Positions 24,596-38,244 of a DNA stretch of 64,000 nt are shown piece by piece. The position numbers were made by a program, and so were the translations under genes. The notes below the pieces were generated by a model. The model was not told the DNA's origin. It worked only from the letters and a program-made list of their open reading frames with translations, and searched no databases. This DNA is from Octopus sinensis (Eukaryota): positions 38,130,001-38,194,000 of the forward strand of contig NC_043014.1 of NCBI RefSeq assembly GCF_006345805.1, written 5' to 3'. How positions within the stretch are numbered: position 1 is the stretch's first letter; each line of letters starts with the position of its first letter.

Positions 24596-24651
24596 TTTAT
24601 GCGCAACTCCATTAATTATTATTTATTAATTCAATGCAAATAGACTGCATC

Positions 24652-24768
24652 CCATCTAACAGCTGTTTCTGCTTCCAATGCTGTGTGGTGTTGCCATTGA
24701 TATGCTAAAAATATTTATCATATTTGGTAATGAAACCGATCTGAAACACGGAGCTTCATCAGAGTGAA
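24652..24768 (-). ncRNA. type I hammerhead motif with about 90-nt helix II domain
   Basis: Minus strand: ttcact-CTGATGA-agctccg...tggaagca-GAAA-C-AGCT-GTT/AGATGG. The 3' side is the same as in 3363-3489; helix I appears to have lost one T. Confidence 0.65.
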
Positions 24769-24869
24769 GAATAAATAAAGAAGAAGAAAATAGAGAACAA
24801 GGGAAAAGTTGAATATGATTGTAATCATACCATTTGTGTGTGCGGCGTCCCCAAAGTCCATCCCCTCCT

Positions 24870-25160
24870 CACCGTGGTGGGGACGCTGGCGCAACGGGTA
24901 GTGTCAGAGCTATGCCGTCGGGAACTTCGCTTCCTGGTAGGGCCACCCAAGGCGGATTGGTCTGACACCGAGTGGTATTAGGGCCACAACCCGGCAGACG
25001 GGGGGCTCTGGTGAAAATCCTCGGAGTGTCTGCTTCGGCAACCGGCGGCTCCTCGGTCGTTCTGTCCCTGCGTCTGCGGACAATCTGCGGCAAAGAGGAT
25101 ATCTCCACATGCGGGATTGTTGGGGACCGCTTGTGAAATAGAAGAAGCCGACAGAAGACA
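24870..25160 (+). mobile_element. probable RTE (Rex3/Expander-like) 5' UTR fragment
   Basis: gagctatgccgtcggg...tcctggtagggccaccca...gtctgcttcggcaaccggcgg resembles RTE leaders (from memory); gtgtcaga/tctgacac closing stem. Confidence 0.45.
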
Positions 25161-25632
25161 TAATCCAATGTCTACAATAAGTCTTATTTTATGGTGTATT
25201 TTGGGAGTTATTTGGCTGCTATTTTTAGCAGGCCACACCACCTCCTTCTTACTCCATCGCTCTCTCTCGTGGGGAACTTGTAATCGTTCTTGTTCTTGTT
25301 GTAGTGGTGATGGTGTTGGTGCTGCTGCTGCTACTGCTACTGCTGCTGCTGTTGGGTGATGGAAGAAAAAGTTTGTGATTTATTTATTTGAAGATATATA
25401 TATATATATATATATATATTTCAGAAGAAAAGGTGAGTGAAACAGTGTGGGTGGCAAGAATTAGAAAGGGAGACTCCTCAGACTACATGCGCACGCACAC
25501 ACGCACACACACACACACACACACGCACACACACTCACACATACCCCCCACACTATACTATACTATGTTAGATAGATAGATATAGATAGATAGATAGATA
25601 GATAGAAGATAGATAGATATGTATGTCAGTAC

Positions 25633-25708
<76 letters not shown>

Positions 25709-26374
25709 CATATATATCTGTATACATATATATATATAGTTATATATTATATGTATATATATATGTATATATATATGTATATTATATATGTATATATATA
25801 TATGTATATATGTATGTATAATATATATTGCATATGCAGAATCTATGTCGATATGTACGTCTTCATGTATGTTTAAAATATAAATTTACTGATCACCATC
25901 TCTAGGTCCAACATATTTGCCACCCTAATCACCAGATTAACGTTTCACATCAGTGATTTCATTTATCATCACCACTTTATAGATATATGTCTTATCATTC
26001 CATCTGTGTAATAATATGTATACACACGCTTGTGCGTGTGTATGTATGTCTATGTTTGTGTGCATATGTGTGTGTGAGTCTATATAATTTTGATTAGATT
26101 TGTGAGCGTTTATATGTGCGTGTGTGTGTACGCGCATAAATATACTCATATGTATGTATATACATATATGTATATATATATATATATATAGATTATATAT
26201 ATATATATTATATATATATAAACATACATGGATATGTAGCTATCTACACACCCTCATCACACACACTGTGTGTTAGTGTGTATGTTTGAGTATACATGTA
26301 CGTAATGTATGTATGCATACAGATATACATGCATGTATATATGCATGTGAATATATATATATATATAGATATAT

Positions 26375-26449
<75 letters not shown>

Positions 26450-26625
26450 TATGCGTATGTATGTGTGTGTGTCTATGTGCGTATCTGTGTGTGCCTGGGC
26501 GTTACTGTTCACAAACCGGAGTGAAAGTACTCAATACCCCTGATAGTTTATACTCATATTTGTTCATTTGTTTGTTTGCTTTTTTGTTGATGCAGTTGTC
26601 TCTTACACATGATATTCTACGTTGT

Positions 26626-26860
26626 CTAGCTCAACGCTTTTTCAGACTGTGGGTTCCGATTCCTCAGTGAGTCGCGAGATAAACAAAATGGGTCGCGACG
26701 AAAAAGGAGGAAAGATAAAAAAAAAAAAAAACAAAACAAAAAAAAAAACGCAAATGGGGAGCAAATTGCAGAATATAAACCAGCGTTCTTCAAACTGTGG
26801 GTCGCGACTCTTCAGTCGGTCGCAAAATATATAAAATGGGTCGCGACAAAAAAGTTGGCA
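26626..26860 (+). mobile_element. two tandem hAT (Charlie/SPIN-like) terminal fragments
   Basis: cagcgttcttcaaactgtgggtcgcgac (about 26781) and a diverged copy at about 26635, each followed by aaaatgggtcgcgac. Confidence 0.6.
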
Positions 26861-27082
26861 AAACGTTGGTCTAGCTGGCTCATTCGACAGAATTGTTTTC
26901 ATACGATAAAATGACAATTTGTAACGCTAGATTAGGAGGGAAAAGGCTGACTGAACGATTGAACACCAATTGTATGGACAAGTACGATTAGCTTGTACCA
27001 TTATATAGGAGTGAAAGGTAATAAATGGGTAGTGGTTAGAGCAAAACTAACCACCTTCCGCCTTTCTCTTTCCTTTTTTCTT

Positions 27083-27117
<35 letters not shown>

Positions 27118-27271
27118 CTCTTTCTTTCTCTCCCTCCTTCTTTTTGTCTTTCTCTCTCTTTTATAATTTTTCTGCTGATTTGTGGCTAAAGTTTTGTATT
27201 TATTTTGATGCCAAACGGATGCCAAGCTAATTCTGTGATCCCGTCAATGTGACAATTAATCGTTTAACTAG

Positions 27272-27489
27272 TTACTCTTTTACTCTTTTACTTGTTTCAG
27301 TCATTTGACTGCGGCCATGCTGGAGCATCGCCTTTAGTCGAGCAAATCGACCCCGGGACTTCTTCTTTGTAAGCCCAGTACTTATTCTATCGGTCTCTTT
27401 TGCCGAACCGCTAGGTGACGGGGACGTAAACACACCAGCATCGGTTGTCAAACAATGCTAGGGGGACAAAGACAGACACACAAACATAT

Positions 27490-27535
<46 letters not shown>

Positions 27536-27690
27536 ACGACAGGCTTCTTTCAGTTTCCGTCTACCAAATCCACTCACAAGGCGTTGGTCGGCCCGAGGCT
27601 ATAGCAGAATACACTTGCCCAAGATGCCACGCAGTGGGACTGAACCCGAAACCATGTGGTTGGTAAGCAAGCTACTTGCCACACGCGCCC
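27272..27690 (-). mobile_element. full-length CORE-type two-part SINE
   Basis: (tactcttt)n tail, gactgcggccatgctggagc, internal (CA)/(TA) tract and complete head. Confidence 0.92.
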
Positions 27691-27724
27691 TTTTTAAAGC
27701 CTAGCCAGGCTCATTGGCCCGATT

Positions 27725-27925
27725 CCTATGGCGTATGTGTTCCCCAGCTGGACGGGATGCCAGTCCATCGCAGCGTAACTCATTTTTGCCAGCTGAGTGA
27801 ACTGGAGCAACGTGAAATGAAGTGTTTTGCTCAAGAACACAACGCGTCGCCCGGTCCAAGAATCGAAATCACAATCTTACGATCATGGTATTGACACCCT
27901 GACCACTAAGCCACACACCTCCACA
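27725..27925 (-). mobile_element. tRNA-derived SINE
   Basis: Reverse-complement match to 19986-20230. Confidence 0.85.
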
Positions 27926-28201
27926 AACTAGTATGATTCTGTCCATTGACTGAGCAAATAACTTGTCTGTTTTCTCATGAAATTTGTCTTCGTGTCTTGA
28001 ACCACCAGCTCGATATCGTGGAAACTGGGGTGTCTGACATCTTGAATCAGCCAAAATATATTCACGCACGTACAAGTGTGTGTGTGCTTGTGCGATGGGT
28101 GCAGTAGGTAAGAGTGTGGGGGGATGCGTGTTGCTACGTACAAGTGCATGTGTATGTGTACACATTGATAACTAGATTGGTAGACTGACAGAAAGACAAT
28201 G

Positions 28202-28282
<81 letters not shown>

Positions 28283-28283
<1 letters not shown>

Positions 28284-28655
28284 GCGGCGAACTGGCAGAA
28301 ACGTTAGCACGCCGGGCGAGATGCTTAGCGGACTTTGCCTTTCATCCTTTCGGAGTCGACTAAATAAGTACCAGTTACGCACTGGTGTCGATATAATCGA
28401 CTTAATCCGTTTGTCTGTCCTTGTTTTTCCTCTCTGTGTGTTTAGCCCCTTGTGGGTAGTAAAGAAATAGGTATTTCGTTTGCCGTTACGGTCTGAGTTC
28501 AAATTTCGCCGTGGTCGACTTTGTCTTTCATCCTTTCGGGGTCGATAAATTAAGTAGCAGTTCCGCACTGGGGTCGATGCAATTGACTTAATCCGTTTGT
28601 CTGTCCTTGTTTGTCCCCTCTATGTTTAGCCCCTTGTGGGTAATAAAGAAATAAG
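28283..28655 (+). mobile_element. SINE with two body+linker units between (TAGA)n tracts
   Basis: Head ggcggcgaactggcagaaacgttagc; two gactttg.ctttcatcctttcgg units; linker ending aaagaaata. Confidence 0.85.
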
Positions 28656-28689
28656 ATAGATAGATAGATAGATAGATAGATACATACAT

Positions 28690-28744
<55 letters not shown>

Positions 28745-29013
28745 TGGACAGATACGTAATCAGACAGATAGGTAAGACAGACAGACAGACAGACACACAA
28801 AGAGAGTGAGAGAGCGAGAGAAATATGAGTACACATGGTTCAATCTTTGCTAATGACATGCACTGAAAAGAAAATTCCAATAAGACTGACTTCTGCTATA
28901 TATTTTGCATCGTACACTTAATTTAGATACTTATCCGAAAGGAACGCCAATGCGCAAAATATTACAAACCGTTCTCATTTTACTCTCTCTCTCTCTATCT
29001 CTATCTATCTATC

Positions 29014-29165
29014 TTGCTATTTACCTCTCTCTCTCTCCTTCTCTCTCCCTCTTGCTCTCTGTTTCTCACTCTCTCTCTCTCACTCTCTCTCTCTCTCTCA
29101 CTCTCTCTCTCTCTCTCACTCTCTCTCTTTCTGTTCTTTCGTTCGCCATCTTCCTTCGTTTCTAT

Positions 29166-29204
<39 letters not shown>

Positions 29205-29205
29205 C

Positions 29206-29245
<40 letters not shown>

Positions 29246-29276
29246 TTTCCTATCTATCTATCTATCTATCTAACTA

Positions 29277-29307
<31 letters not shown>

Positions 29308-29451
29308 ATCTATTTATCTATCTATCTGTTTGTCTGTCTGTCACTTTTTATAGTTATTCTCTCTTTTTATCTCTCTATCTCTTTCTCTTTGTTACTCTCT
29401 TCTTCTTCTTCTTCTTCGTTTTCTTTTCTCTCTCACTCTCTTCCCTCTCTC

Positions 29452-29498
<47 letters not shown>

Positions 29499-29915
29499 TC
29501 TGATTTATCTATCAACATGAAAACGAAATCTTTCATGGACTCTGCTTTCCTGGAATCTTTGCAATCCAAAACACAAAAACAAAAATAAAGAAGGAAAGGT
29601 GGAGGAAAAAACTAAATCTACAAAGAAAACAATAACAATAACCACAATAAAAACACAAACCTCCAAGGGAACCCCTACGACTGTTACTCAATCTGCTAGA
29701 AATAACAGTTAAGTCTTCTTACAATTATGCTCTACTCTCTTAAAAAAAATGGAATGCCTTTCATCTTAGGCACGTTCAGCTGGGACCAATCTGTAAACAA
29801 CTACCACAACAAAACCAACACCTATTACTACTACTACTGCTGCTGCTGCTACTGCTGCTACTACTGCTGCTGCTGCTACTGCTGCTGCTGCTGCTACTAC
29901 TACTACTAGTAGTAC

Positions 29916-29981
<66 letters not shown>

Positions 29982-30003
29982 CACTACTACTACTACTACT
30001 ACT

Positions 30004-30040
<37 letters not shown>

Positions 30041-30045
30041 ACTGA
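29014..30045. repeat. compound microsatellite block (CT)n,(ATCT)n,(CTA/CTG/CCA)n
   Basis: Directly visible; explains ORFs 29014-29520 and 29766-30215. Confidence 0.95.
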
Positions 30046-30359
30046 CTTAATAAAGACATTTTACATTGGTTCAATGTCCCCAGATTTATTGGCGAGGAAG
30101 AATTTGATTGTTTGACGTTTATTCCTTTCGTAGCGTGATATAAATTACACTCGGAAATTATGGGTTGGTTTCCGCTAACTGGGGGTTTACTTATTTCAAT
30201 ACTTGCGGGACCCATTATACCATTTAACGATTTATTTAGACTAGATAGATATAGGCTTAGGTTTCTGTAAGGAAGAGATTATAGAGAACCCATTCATTTG
30301 GTCCTTGGGGGGTATTCTTGTTGATTGTTCTTTCATTTGATGAAATATCAACGATATTT

Positions 30360-32262
30360 ACTCGTTAGCACGCCGGGCGATAATGCTGAGCGATATTTCG
30401 TCAGCTGCCACGTTCTGAGTTCGAATTCCGCTAAGGTCGACTTTGCCTTTCATCCTTTCGGGGTCGATAAATTAAGAACCAGTAACGCACTGGGGTCGAT
30501 ACAATCGACTTAATCCGCTTGTCTGTCCTTGTTTGTCCCCTCTGTGTTTAGCCCCTTGTGGGTAGTAAAGAAATAGATATTTACGCGTCTGCCAAAGGAG
30601 GCGAACTGGCAGAATCGTTAGCACGCCGGGCGATAATGCTGAGCGGTATTTCGTCAGCTGCTACGTTCTGAGTTCGAATTCCGCTAAGGTCGACTTTGTC
30701 TTTCATCCCTTTTGGGGTCGATAAATTAAGTAGCAGTGAAACAGTTGAGTCGATGTAATCGACTAGTCCCTTACCCCAAAATTTCGGGCCTTGTACCTAT
30801 AGTAGAATGGATATTCATGGGTCTGCCAAAGGAGACGTAATGGCAGAATCATTTGAGGACTGAAACAAATGCTTTGAAATATTCACGAATGTAGAATACA
30901 ATTACGTATATTATAACCAATGAAATATAAGAGAAATGAGTTAAACATTGTTTGCCTTATGCAATGGCGCCTTCTTTTATTGCACTCGTTCCTTTTTAAC
31001 TTAGATCCTGACTACGATTGGGTCGATGAAATCGATTAATCTCCGTCCTCAAAAAACGCTGGCATTGTGCTTAAATTCTTTCATTTTAATGAATTCTTAG
31101 GATACTTTTGGCCTAAATTTTTTGTGATAGTATTGGTTTCAAATTTTGGCACAAGGCCAGCAATTTCGGGGAAGGACATAATTCGATTACATTGACCCCC
31201 AAGTGCTCAACTAGTACTTATTTTATCAACATTGAAACGCTAAAAGGTGAAACCGATCTCGGCAAAATCTAAACTCAGAACGCAAAGGTAGGTGAAATGC
31301 CGCTAGACATTTTGCCTGGTGTGCTAATTATTATACCGCCTTAGATTGTTCGTAATATTTGCCTTTCATCCTTTCGAGGTCGATAAATTAAGTACCAGTT
31401 ACGCACTGATGTCGATGAAATCGACTTAATCCGTTTGTCTGTCCTTGTTTGTCCCCTCTGTGTTTAGCCCCTTGTTGGTAGTAAAGAAATAGGTATTTCG
31501 TCTGTCTTAATGTTCTGAGTTTAAATTTCCGCCGAGGTCAACTTTGCTTTCATTTTTTGGGGTCGATAATTAAGTACCATTTGCGTACTGTCGTCGGTCT
31601 AATCGACTGACACCCCACCCTACCCCCAAAAAATTCGGGCCTTGTTCCTAGAGTAGGAAAGGATATTATTCTATCGACTCAGAAAAGAGGATGGGAAAAG
31701 TTGACCTCGGCGGAATCTAAAGGCATGAAATGCCACAAAACATTTTTGACTGGCGTGTTAACGATTTTGCCAGCTCGCCACCCTCCCTCCCACTAGTTGT
31801 CATAACTAGTGTAAATTTTTGCCACAAGGGTAGCTTTGGGGTAGGTGGGGATGAGTCGATTGCATCGACCCTAGTGTTCAACTAGTACTTATTTTATCGA
31901 CCCCGAAAGGACGAAAGGCAAAGTCAATCTCGGCGGAATTTGAACTCAGAACGCAGCGACGGGCGAAATACCTATTTCTTTACTACCCACAAGGGGCAAA
32001 CACAGAGAGGACAAACAAGGACAGACAAACGGATTAATTAAGTCGATTACATCGACCCCAGTGCGTAACTGCTACTTATTTAATCGACCCCGAAAGGATG
32101 AAAGGCAAAGTCGACCTCTGCGGAATTTGAACTCAGGACGTAGCGGCAGACGAAATACCTATTTCTTTACTAACAACAATGGTCTAAACACAGAGAGGAC
32201 AAACAAGGACAGAGAAACGGATTAAGTCGATTATATCAACTTCAGTGCGTAATTGGTACTTA
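30360..32262. mobile_element. dense cluster of GGCGAGCTGGCAGAA-family SINE copies and multimers in both orientations
   Basis: Plus copies at about 30360-30815 and 31360-31665; minus copies at about 31100-31330, 31675-31790 and 31840-32262. Confidence 0.85.
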
Positions 32263-32593
32263 AGTGAGGGCGCGTGGCTTAGTGGGTTAGGGCATTCGGC
32301 TCATGATCGTAAGGTTGTGAGTTCGATTTCCAGGCGACGCGTTGTGTCCTTGAGCAAGAACACTTTTATTTCACGTTGCTCCAGTCCACTCAGCTGGCAA
32401 AAAGAGTTGTACTTGTATTTCAAAGGTTAGCCTTGTCACTCTCTGTGTCATTCGCTTGATTATCCCGAGAACTACGTTAAGGGTTCACGTGTCTGTGGAA
32501 ATGCTCAGCCATTTGCACGTTAATTCACGAGCAAGCTGTTCCGTTGATCGTATCAGCTGGGACCCTCGTCGTCAGTAACCGGTGGAGTTTTAG
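32263..32593 (+). mobile_element. SINE nested in another SINE, with 12-bp TSD
   Basis: aattggtactta at 32251-32262 and 32594-32605 flanks a TGGCTTAGTGG-head SINE; the host continues at 32594-32735. Confidence 0.88.
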
Positions 32594-33584
32594 AATTGGT
32601 ACTTATTTAATTGCCCCGAAAGAATGAAAGTCAAAGTCGACCTCGGCGGAATTTGAACTCAGAACGTAACGGCAGACGAAATACCGCTAAGCATTCCGCC
32701 CGGCGTGCTAACGTTTCTGCTAGTTCGCCGCCTTACGCTAATAGTAGTAATAACAACAGGTATAATAACTACGATACAAACTATAACTTTCAAAGTAATT
32801 AGTTCTTTAAATATTTCCTTCAGACAAAATATAACTTGAGAAATTAAATATATAAAATATAAAATTGAACATTTTAGGGAAAACTGTAAGGACGCAATGA
32901 CATCATATTTCGCGGTTTTTGATTTTTTTTTTTGGGTTGGAGGTATGTTTTTTTTCGCTTTCCGGATTTTGTTGTTAATTTTTTTTTAGTTTTATTTATT
33001 TATTTATCTCGTGCATGTTTCTTTTCTGCTTCACTTTCCGGCTAGTATCCGTAAGTCTATGAGATTTATTTAAACGTCCCCACCTCTAATCAAATCTATT
33101 TTACTACGCAGCGATGTAAGAGGCAAAAAACAAAAAACAAAAAACAAAAAACCAGGAGAGAAAACAGCAAGGAAAAGAAAGAAAGATTGAAAAAAAAAAA
33201 AGAAATAAAGATAGAAAGAAAGAAAGAAAACGTAAGGAAGGAAATAAAGGTACAAAGGAAGAAAAATGAAGTCATCCAGGTAATTCGGTGCAATTGATTC
33301 CAATTGACATCTAAAAAGTTTGTTATTTTCCCGGCAAGTTGCAGTTGCATTCGCAACACAAAATAAATAGACAAATAATGGTAGGTTTGTTTGTTTCTTG
33401 TTTTTTTTTTGTTTTTTTTTTCCTTCCGACTATGCACAAGGTTAAAAGTGTAAAATGAGATTACAACAAGGGTGTGGTAGGGAAGAGAAGAGAAAAAGAA
33501 AGACTAAAGACTAAAAGACTAAAGACACAGAGATGCAGTCGACTGAATGAAACAAAGAGTACATTAATTCACTGATTGTGGGGA

Positions 33585-33935
33585 TGATCTTCTTCTTCTT
33601 CTTCTTCTTCTTCTTCTCCTCCTTCTTCTTCTCTTTCTTCTCCTCCTCCTCCTCCTCCTCCTTCTTCTCCTCCTCCTCCTCCTCCTCCTTCTTCTCCTCC
33701 TCCTTCTTCTTCTTCTTCTCCTCCTCCTCCTTCTTTTTCTTCTCCTCCTCCTCCTCCTTCTTCTTCTTCTCCTCCTCCTCCTCCACCTTCTTCTTCTCCT
33801 CCTCCCCTCCTCCTCCTCCTTCTTCTTCTTCTTCTTCTTCTTCGTCGTCGTCGTCATCATCGTCGTCGTCGTCATCATCGTCGTCGTTATTGTTGTTGCT
33901 TTTGTTGTTGTTGTTGTTGTTGTTGTCTTTATTAT
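33585..33935. repeat. polypyrimidine trinucleotide tract (CTT/CCT/TCG/TTG)n
   Basis: Directly visible; explains the poly-E/K/R/F/S ORFs. Confidence 0.95.
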
Positions 33936-34359
33936 TATTAAGGCTACGAGCTAGCATAAACGTCAGCACACCGGACGAGTGGGTGGCTGGCTGGCTGGAC
34001 AATCGGACGGTCGGACCGACGGACAGACAAACTGACGAATGGATGGATGGATGGATTGATAGACGGACAAACGGACAGATGAACGGGCGGACGGGCGAAC
34101 GGGCGGACGTATGGGCAGACCTCGCAGCTGTGTGATTTCGTGTTTGATTTCACTGCACATCACTTTGATCTAGCGTTTTCTACCACAGCATCCGATCGAC
34201 CTAAGATTTGTTTGTGGAATTTGACGGAATGAAATTGTCTGAGAGCCCAGTGGACAGAGTGTGCAAGTGTTCGTGGCTGGTAAACTTAAACCATCGCCAC
34301 TAACTGATTCTTTAGGTACCTTTAATTGAGTGCGTTATATCAGATAAATTATGTATTGC

Positions 34360-34483
34360 AAGCATTCTCACCAAGTCTCTAGGTATAAGCATTCTCACCA
34401 AGCATTTTCACCAAGTCTCACCAAGTCTGTAGGTAAAAGCATTCTCACCAAGTCTCTAGGTGCAGGCATTCTCACCAAGTCTC
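34360..34483. repeat. 27-bp minisatellite (aagcattctcaccaagtctctaggtat), about 5 partial units
   Basis: cattctcaccaag recurs four times, with one more cattttcaccaag. Confidence 0.85.
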
Positions 34484-35272
34484 TTTTCTCATTCCAGCCA
34501 ATCTGAGGCTGGAATCTGAGGCCCTAAAAATTATTATGTCCTTTGCTCATTTTCCTCAGACTAAGCCATAGAAAAAGCAAAAACAAAAGTACTTTGTGCC
34601 AATCAACTGCTCTTTACAATAATTTATTCTAATTTATGGAGAAGGCTAGTAATTTTGAAATGGGACTTAGCCGATTATTTCGGCCCCAGTACTTAACAGG
34701 CGCTCTAAAAATAGAGTACGCCGTTGGGATAAAACACTGAATTGGCCTCAATGGAATTCGAAATCAGAACGCAAAGAGTCGGCAACGACGCTCTAGTGAT
34801 TCTGCTAGCTTACCAGCATGTTGAAATGCCTCCATAGCTTATTCTGCTGTCTGAAGCAAAAATGAAATTGTCCATTTTAACAAAGCATCTTAATTCAATT
34901 TAGAAGTCACTCTTAGTATTTTAAAATATCTGCCCTTTTCCTTCAGAGTCGCTAGCAATCATCTCTAAAATGTTGTCTTCCTTCTTTTTCTACTAAAGAA
35001 CATTGCAAGAAATTAAGACTCTGTCGTGAAGGACATTAAGTACACAACATGTCGAGTTTATAAATATAGGAGTGTGCATGCGCGCGCATGCGTGTACCTG
35101 TTAACGAATGGATAGAATGTACTCGAGCTGGATCAAACTCAAAATGTTGTGGGTATCTATATATGTGTGTATGTAATTAATAAATCATAGGGTAGGAAAA
35201 AAAATTAGAGAAATTCTTTGCTACCAGTGGTCTAGCGAGAAGAAAAAACTAGTCAATAGACTATATATCATT

Positions 35273-35602
35273 CATATAAAAATACAGTGTACATTTAAAC
35301 ACATAAGAGATGGCCATAACAGGACATCTGACTCGCTAGAAAGAGTAGTTAAACTACAAACCACTAATTAGTTGAAATTTCGAAAGGGAATGAAAGATAA
35401 AACATTTATTTTTCTCGAAATTACAACTAAATAGTGGTTTGTAGTTTAACTACTCTTTCTAGCAAGTCAGATGTCCTGTTTTCATTCCCTTTCGAAATTA
35501 AAACTAATTAGTGGTTTGTAGTTTAACTACTCTTTCTAGCGAGTCAGATGTCCTGTTATGGCCATCTCTTATGTGTTTAAATGTACAATGTATTTTTATA
35601 TG
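35273..35602. repeat. fold-back element with about 122-bp arms and a third internal arm copy
   Basis: 35273-35395 pairs with 35480-35602; 35425-35479 duplicates part of the right arm. Confidence 0.88.
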
Positions 35603-36059
35603 TGTGTGTGTAGATAGACAGACAAACAGACACACATGCTTGCATACATACATGCATGTGTGTATGCATGCATAGCCGAACAAATATACATACGCATCAC
35701 CAGTTCCAAATATACAGAGAAGCGGAGTGGTTCAACTATAATTTATGCTGGCCGTTAATTTTATTGATCTTGAAAGAATGAAAGGTGAAGTCAAAGACGA
35801 AAGTGCTGACATATGCCAACATATAATATAAACAGTCACAATTAATTATGCCAAGACATTGCATCCGGTGCCCTACTGTTTATGCTACGACAGTATCCTT
35901 CACTATTTATTGAGATAAAATTAGGATAATTATAAAAGATATATGAATTAAAAGCTGAGCTGTGACTCAAGTGAGTAGACCTGTTGGCTTGCATCACACC
36001 TCCGCTAATCATTTAAGGTGCCTTTGTAGGCGGGAGCAGACATAGACATCCTTTAGGCC

Positions 36060-36290
36060 CTGTCACATTTGGTCCATCGGAATATCAAAGATGTGGCTGC
36101 TGGAGGAAGCAGAGAGGGATGCGCCAGTAGTTGGCTGATACTTATTTGTAGGTGGATAGACTGGAGAAATTTGAAATGGTGTAACTCGCTCAAAGTGTCA
36201 CAATGCATCGCCCGGTCCAGAAATCGAACGCACAACCTCACGATCGTGAGGCCGATATCCTGATCGCAAGAACATACGCCTTTTAAGTGA
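36060..36290 (-). mobile_element. diverged tRNA-derived SINE
   Basis: caatgcatcgcccggtccagaaatcgaacgcacaacctcacgatcgtgag, the reverse complement of the family head. Confidence 0.6.
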
Positions 36291-36458
36291 ATTAAAACAA
36301 AATAGTATGTGAGAAGATTAAAAAAAATGAAGACGCGCGAATCCACACTCGTAAACACGCATATACATACACACATGTACTCACGCCGATATGTGTGTGT
36401 GTGAGAGAGAGAGAAAGAGTGTGTTTCTTTGAGTGTGAGTTCATGTTCGGACATGTGT

Positions 36459-36501
<43 letters not shown>

Positions 36502-36699
36502 ATGTGTGTGTGTGTGTATATTTACATCTCTTCATTTTTCATTATCCCCTCTTTTTATAGGTTATATCAGATGGAGAGAAACAGCAAAAGTATCAAGGAT
36601 AGGGACAGTATCGGGAAGCATAGAGCCTTGTCTTGTTGTCATCTTTGCAGCATAGTAGAGCAGACGATAAGCACGAAAGGGATATGCAACGACATGTGG

Positions 36700-37095
36700 T
36701 CAGATGGGGGAGAAGGGTCTGGATGAATGTGCAGCTGCTGCTGTTGCTGTTGCTGTTGAGCGAAGCGGTCTTCGTCCCAGTAGTGGGAGAAGTCCGAAAA
36801 GTGGTCCTTTGCTATTTGTAAGGACCCGCAAGAAGAGAAAGCAGGTCAACCCCCGACACCGAGAGCATCGACGGATGGATGAATGCGCATCCAGGCTCAG
36901 CGGTTGCATAGGAAGTCGGGGACAAGAAGCAGGAAGAAAGAGTGAGAGAAAGTTTAGGCGAAAGAGTATAACAGGGGTCGCCACCCTACCCTGCCGGAGC
37001 ATCGTGGAGCTTTAGGTGTTTTCGCTCAATAAACACACACAACGCCCGGGAATCGAAACCGCGAGTCCGCTGCCCTAACCATTGGACCATTGCAC
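36700..37095 (-). mobile_element. tRNA-derived SINE with acctaaagctccacg middle module and long tail
   Basis: RC: tggtccaatggttagggcagcggactcgcggtttcgattcc...gtttattgagcgaaaacacctaaagctccacg. The module is shared with 44190 and 47850. Confidence 0.7.
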
Positions 37096-37906
37096 CTTCA
37101 CTGCAGCTGCTGCTGACTCATCAACACCTCACCGAAAACCACAAAGCTATCCTGAAGCTATCTATATCTCATTGTGAGAGGGGAAAGTTAATCACTCAGA
37201 TGGTGGTGTATGTTGAAAGGCCCAGTTTCTACACCTATTCAAGCATGAGCTACTTTTGGACATTCTACGCTAAAATTGTTGGGAAGCAGAGGCAAAAAGC
37301 GAGCAGTAGACAACAGAGACAGCAACAACAAAAACTGGCCCCAGAAACCAATCTTTCCATACCCTCCCCGGTCGCAACTCGCAGGATTTCGGAAGAAATT
37401 ATGTCGTCATCACTGGTAGACCCCAGTGACTGGAGTGAACACAATAAAGGTGAAGGGTTCTTTCCTCAATCAAAGGACCGGAAGGGTCTAAAAGCTGTTG
37501 CCCCAACTCTGATTATTGACTTGCAACAATGGCGAATGGAGAGGGATGCAAAATTGTGGGATCCAAAAAGTAAAATAAGGGTCCACTAATGACTATCCGA
37601 GGATTGCATCTGTAGAGGTATGAAGACCACACACCACACACACACGCATACATACGCACACTCACACACAAGCACATATGCATACACTGACGTATTTACA
37701 TATATGTGTAGGGGTGTGTATTAAAATCCTGCTTTCCTACTTTGTGTGATGTAATCATCAATCCTCCATTCGCCTGCTTTCATATTTGCTAGACATGGCT
37801 GTCAGAGAATAAATTAATTTAATAAATTTTAGATTTGTTCTTGAGTACATTTAAGGAGAAATACCACGCCATTAAATAAATTACGACACATGTACTGTAA
37901 AGCACA

Positions 37907-37937
<31 letters not shown>

Positions 37938-37964
37938 CTCACTGTTCCTTTCTCTCTTTCTGTC

Positions 37965-38013
<49 letters not shown>

Positions 38014-38195
38014 GCATACAAGGGTACAGGATGTCACCAACGGGACAAATAACACGAAATACGTAAACAACGAGAAAAATGGTAAGCAGGACAAGTAAAT
38101 ACAGAGAAAGAACCCCTTCATCAGTTGTCGGCTGTCTATCTACTCCTCAATTCGAACATATATATATATATGTATGTATGTTTGTTGTATGTATG

Positions 38196-38229
<34 letters not shown>

Positions 38230-38244
38230 TTTATGCATTTATGT

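Noticed and set aside
30395-30412. CTGACGAAATA on the minus strand of SINE bodies
   Set aside because: It is part of the SINE head region, with no ribozyme helices.
36704-37015. 103-aa and 100-aa GC-rich ORFs
   Set aside because: They lie within a minus-strand SINE.
37200-37589. 129-aa non-repetitive ORF
   Set aside because: No recognisable domain or splice context; it is more likely a decayed transposon-derived sequence.
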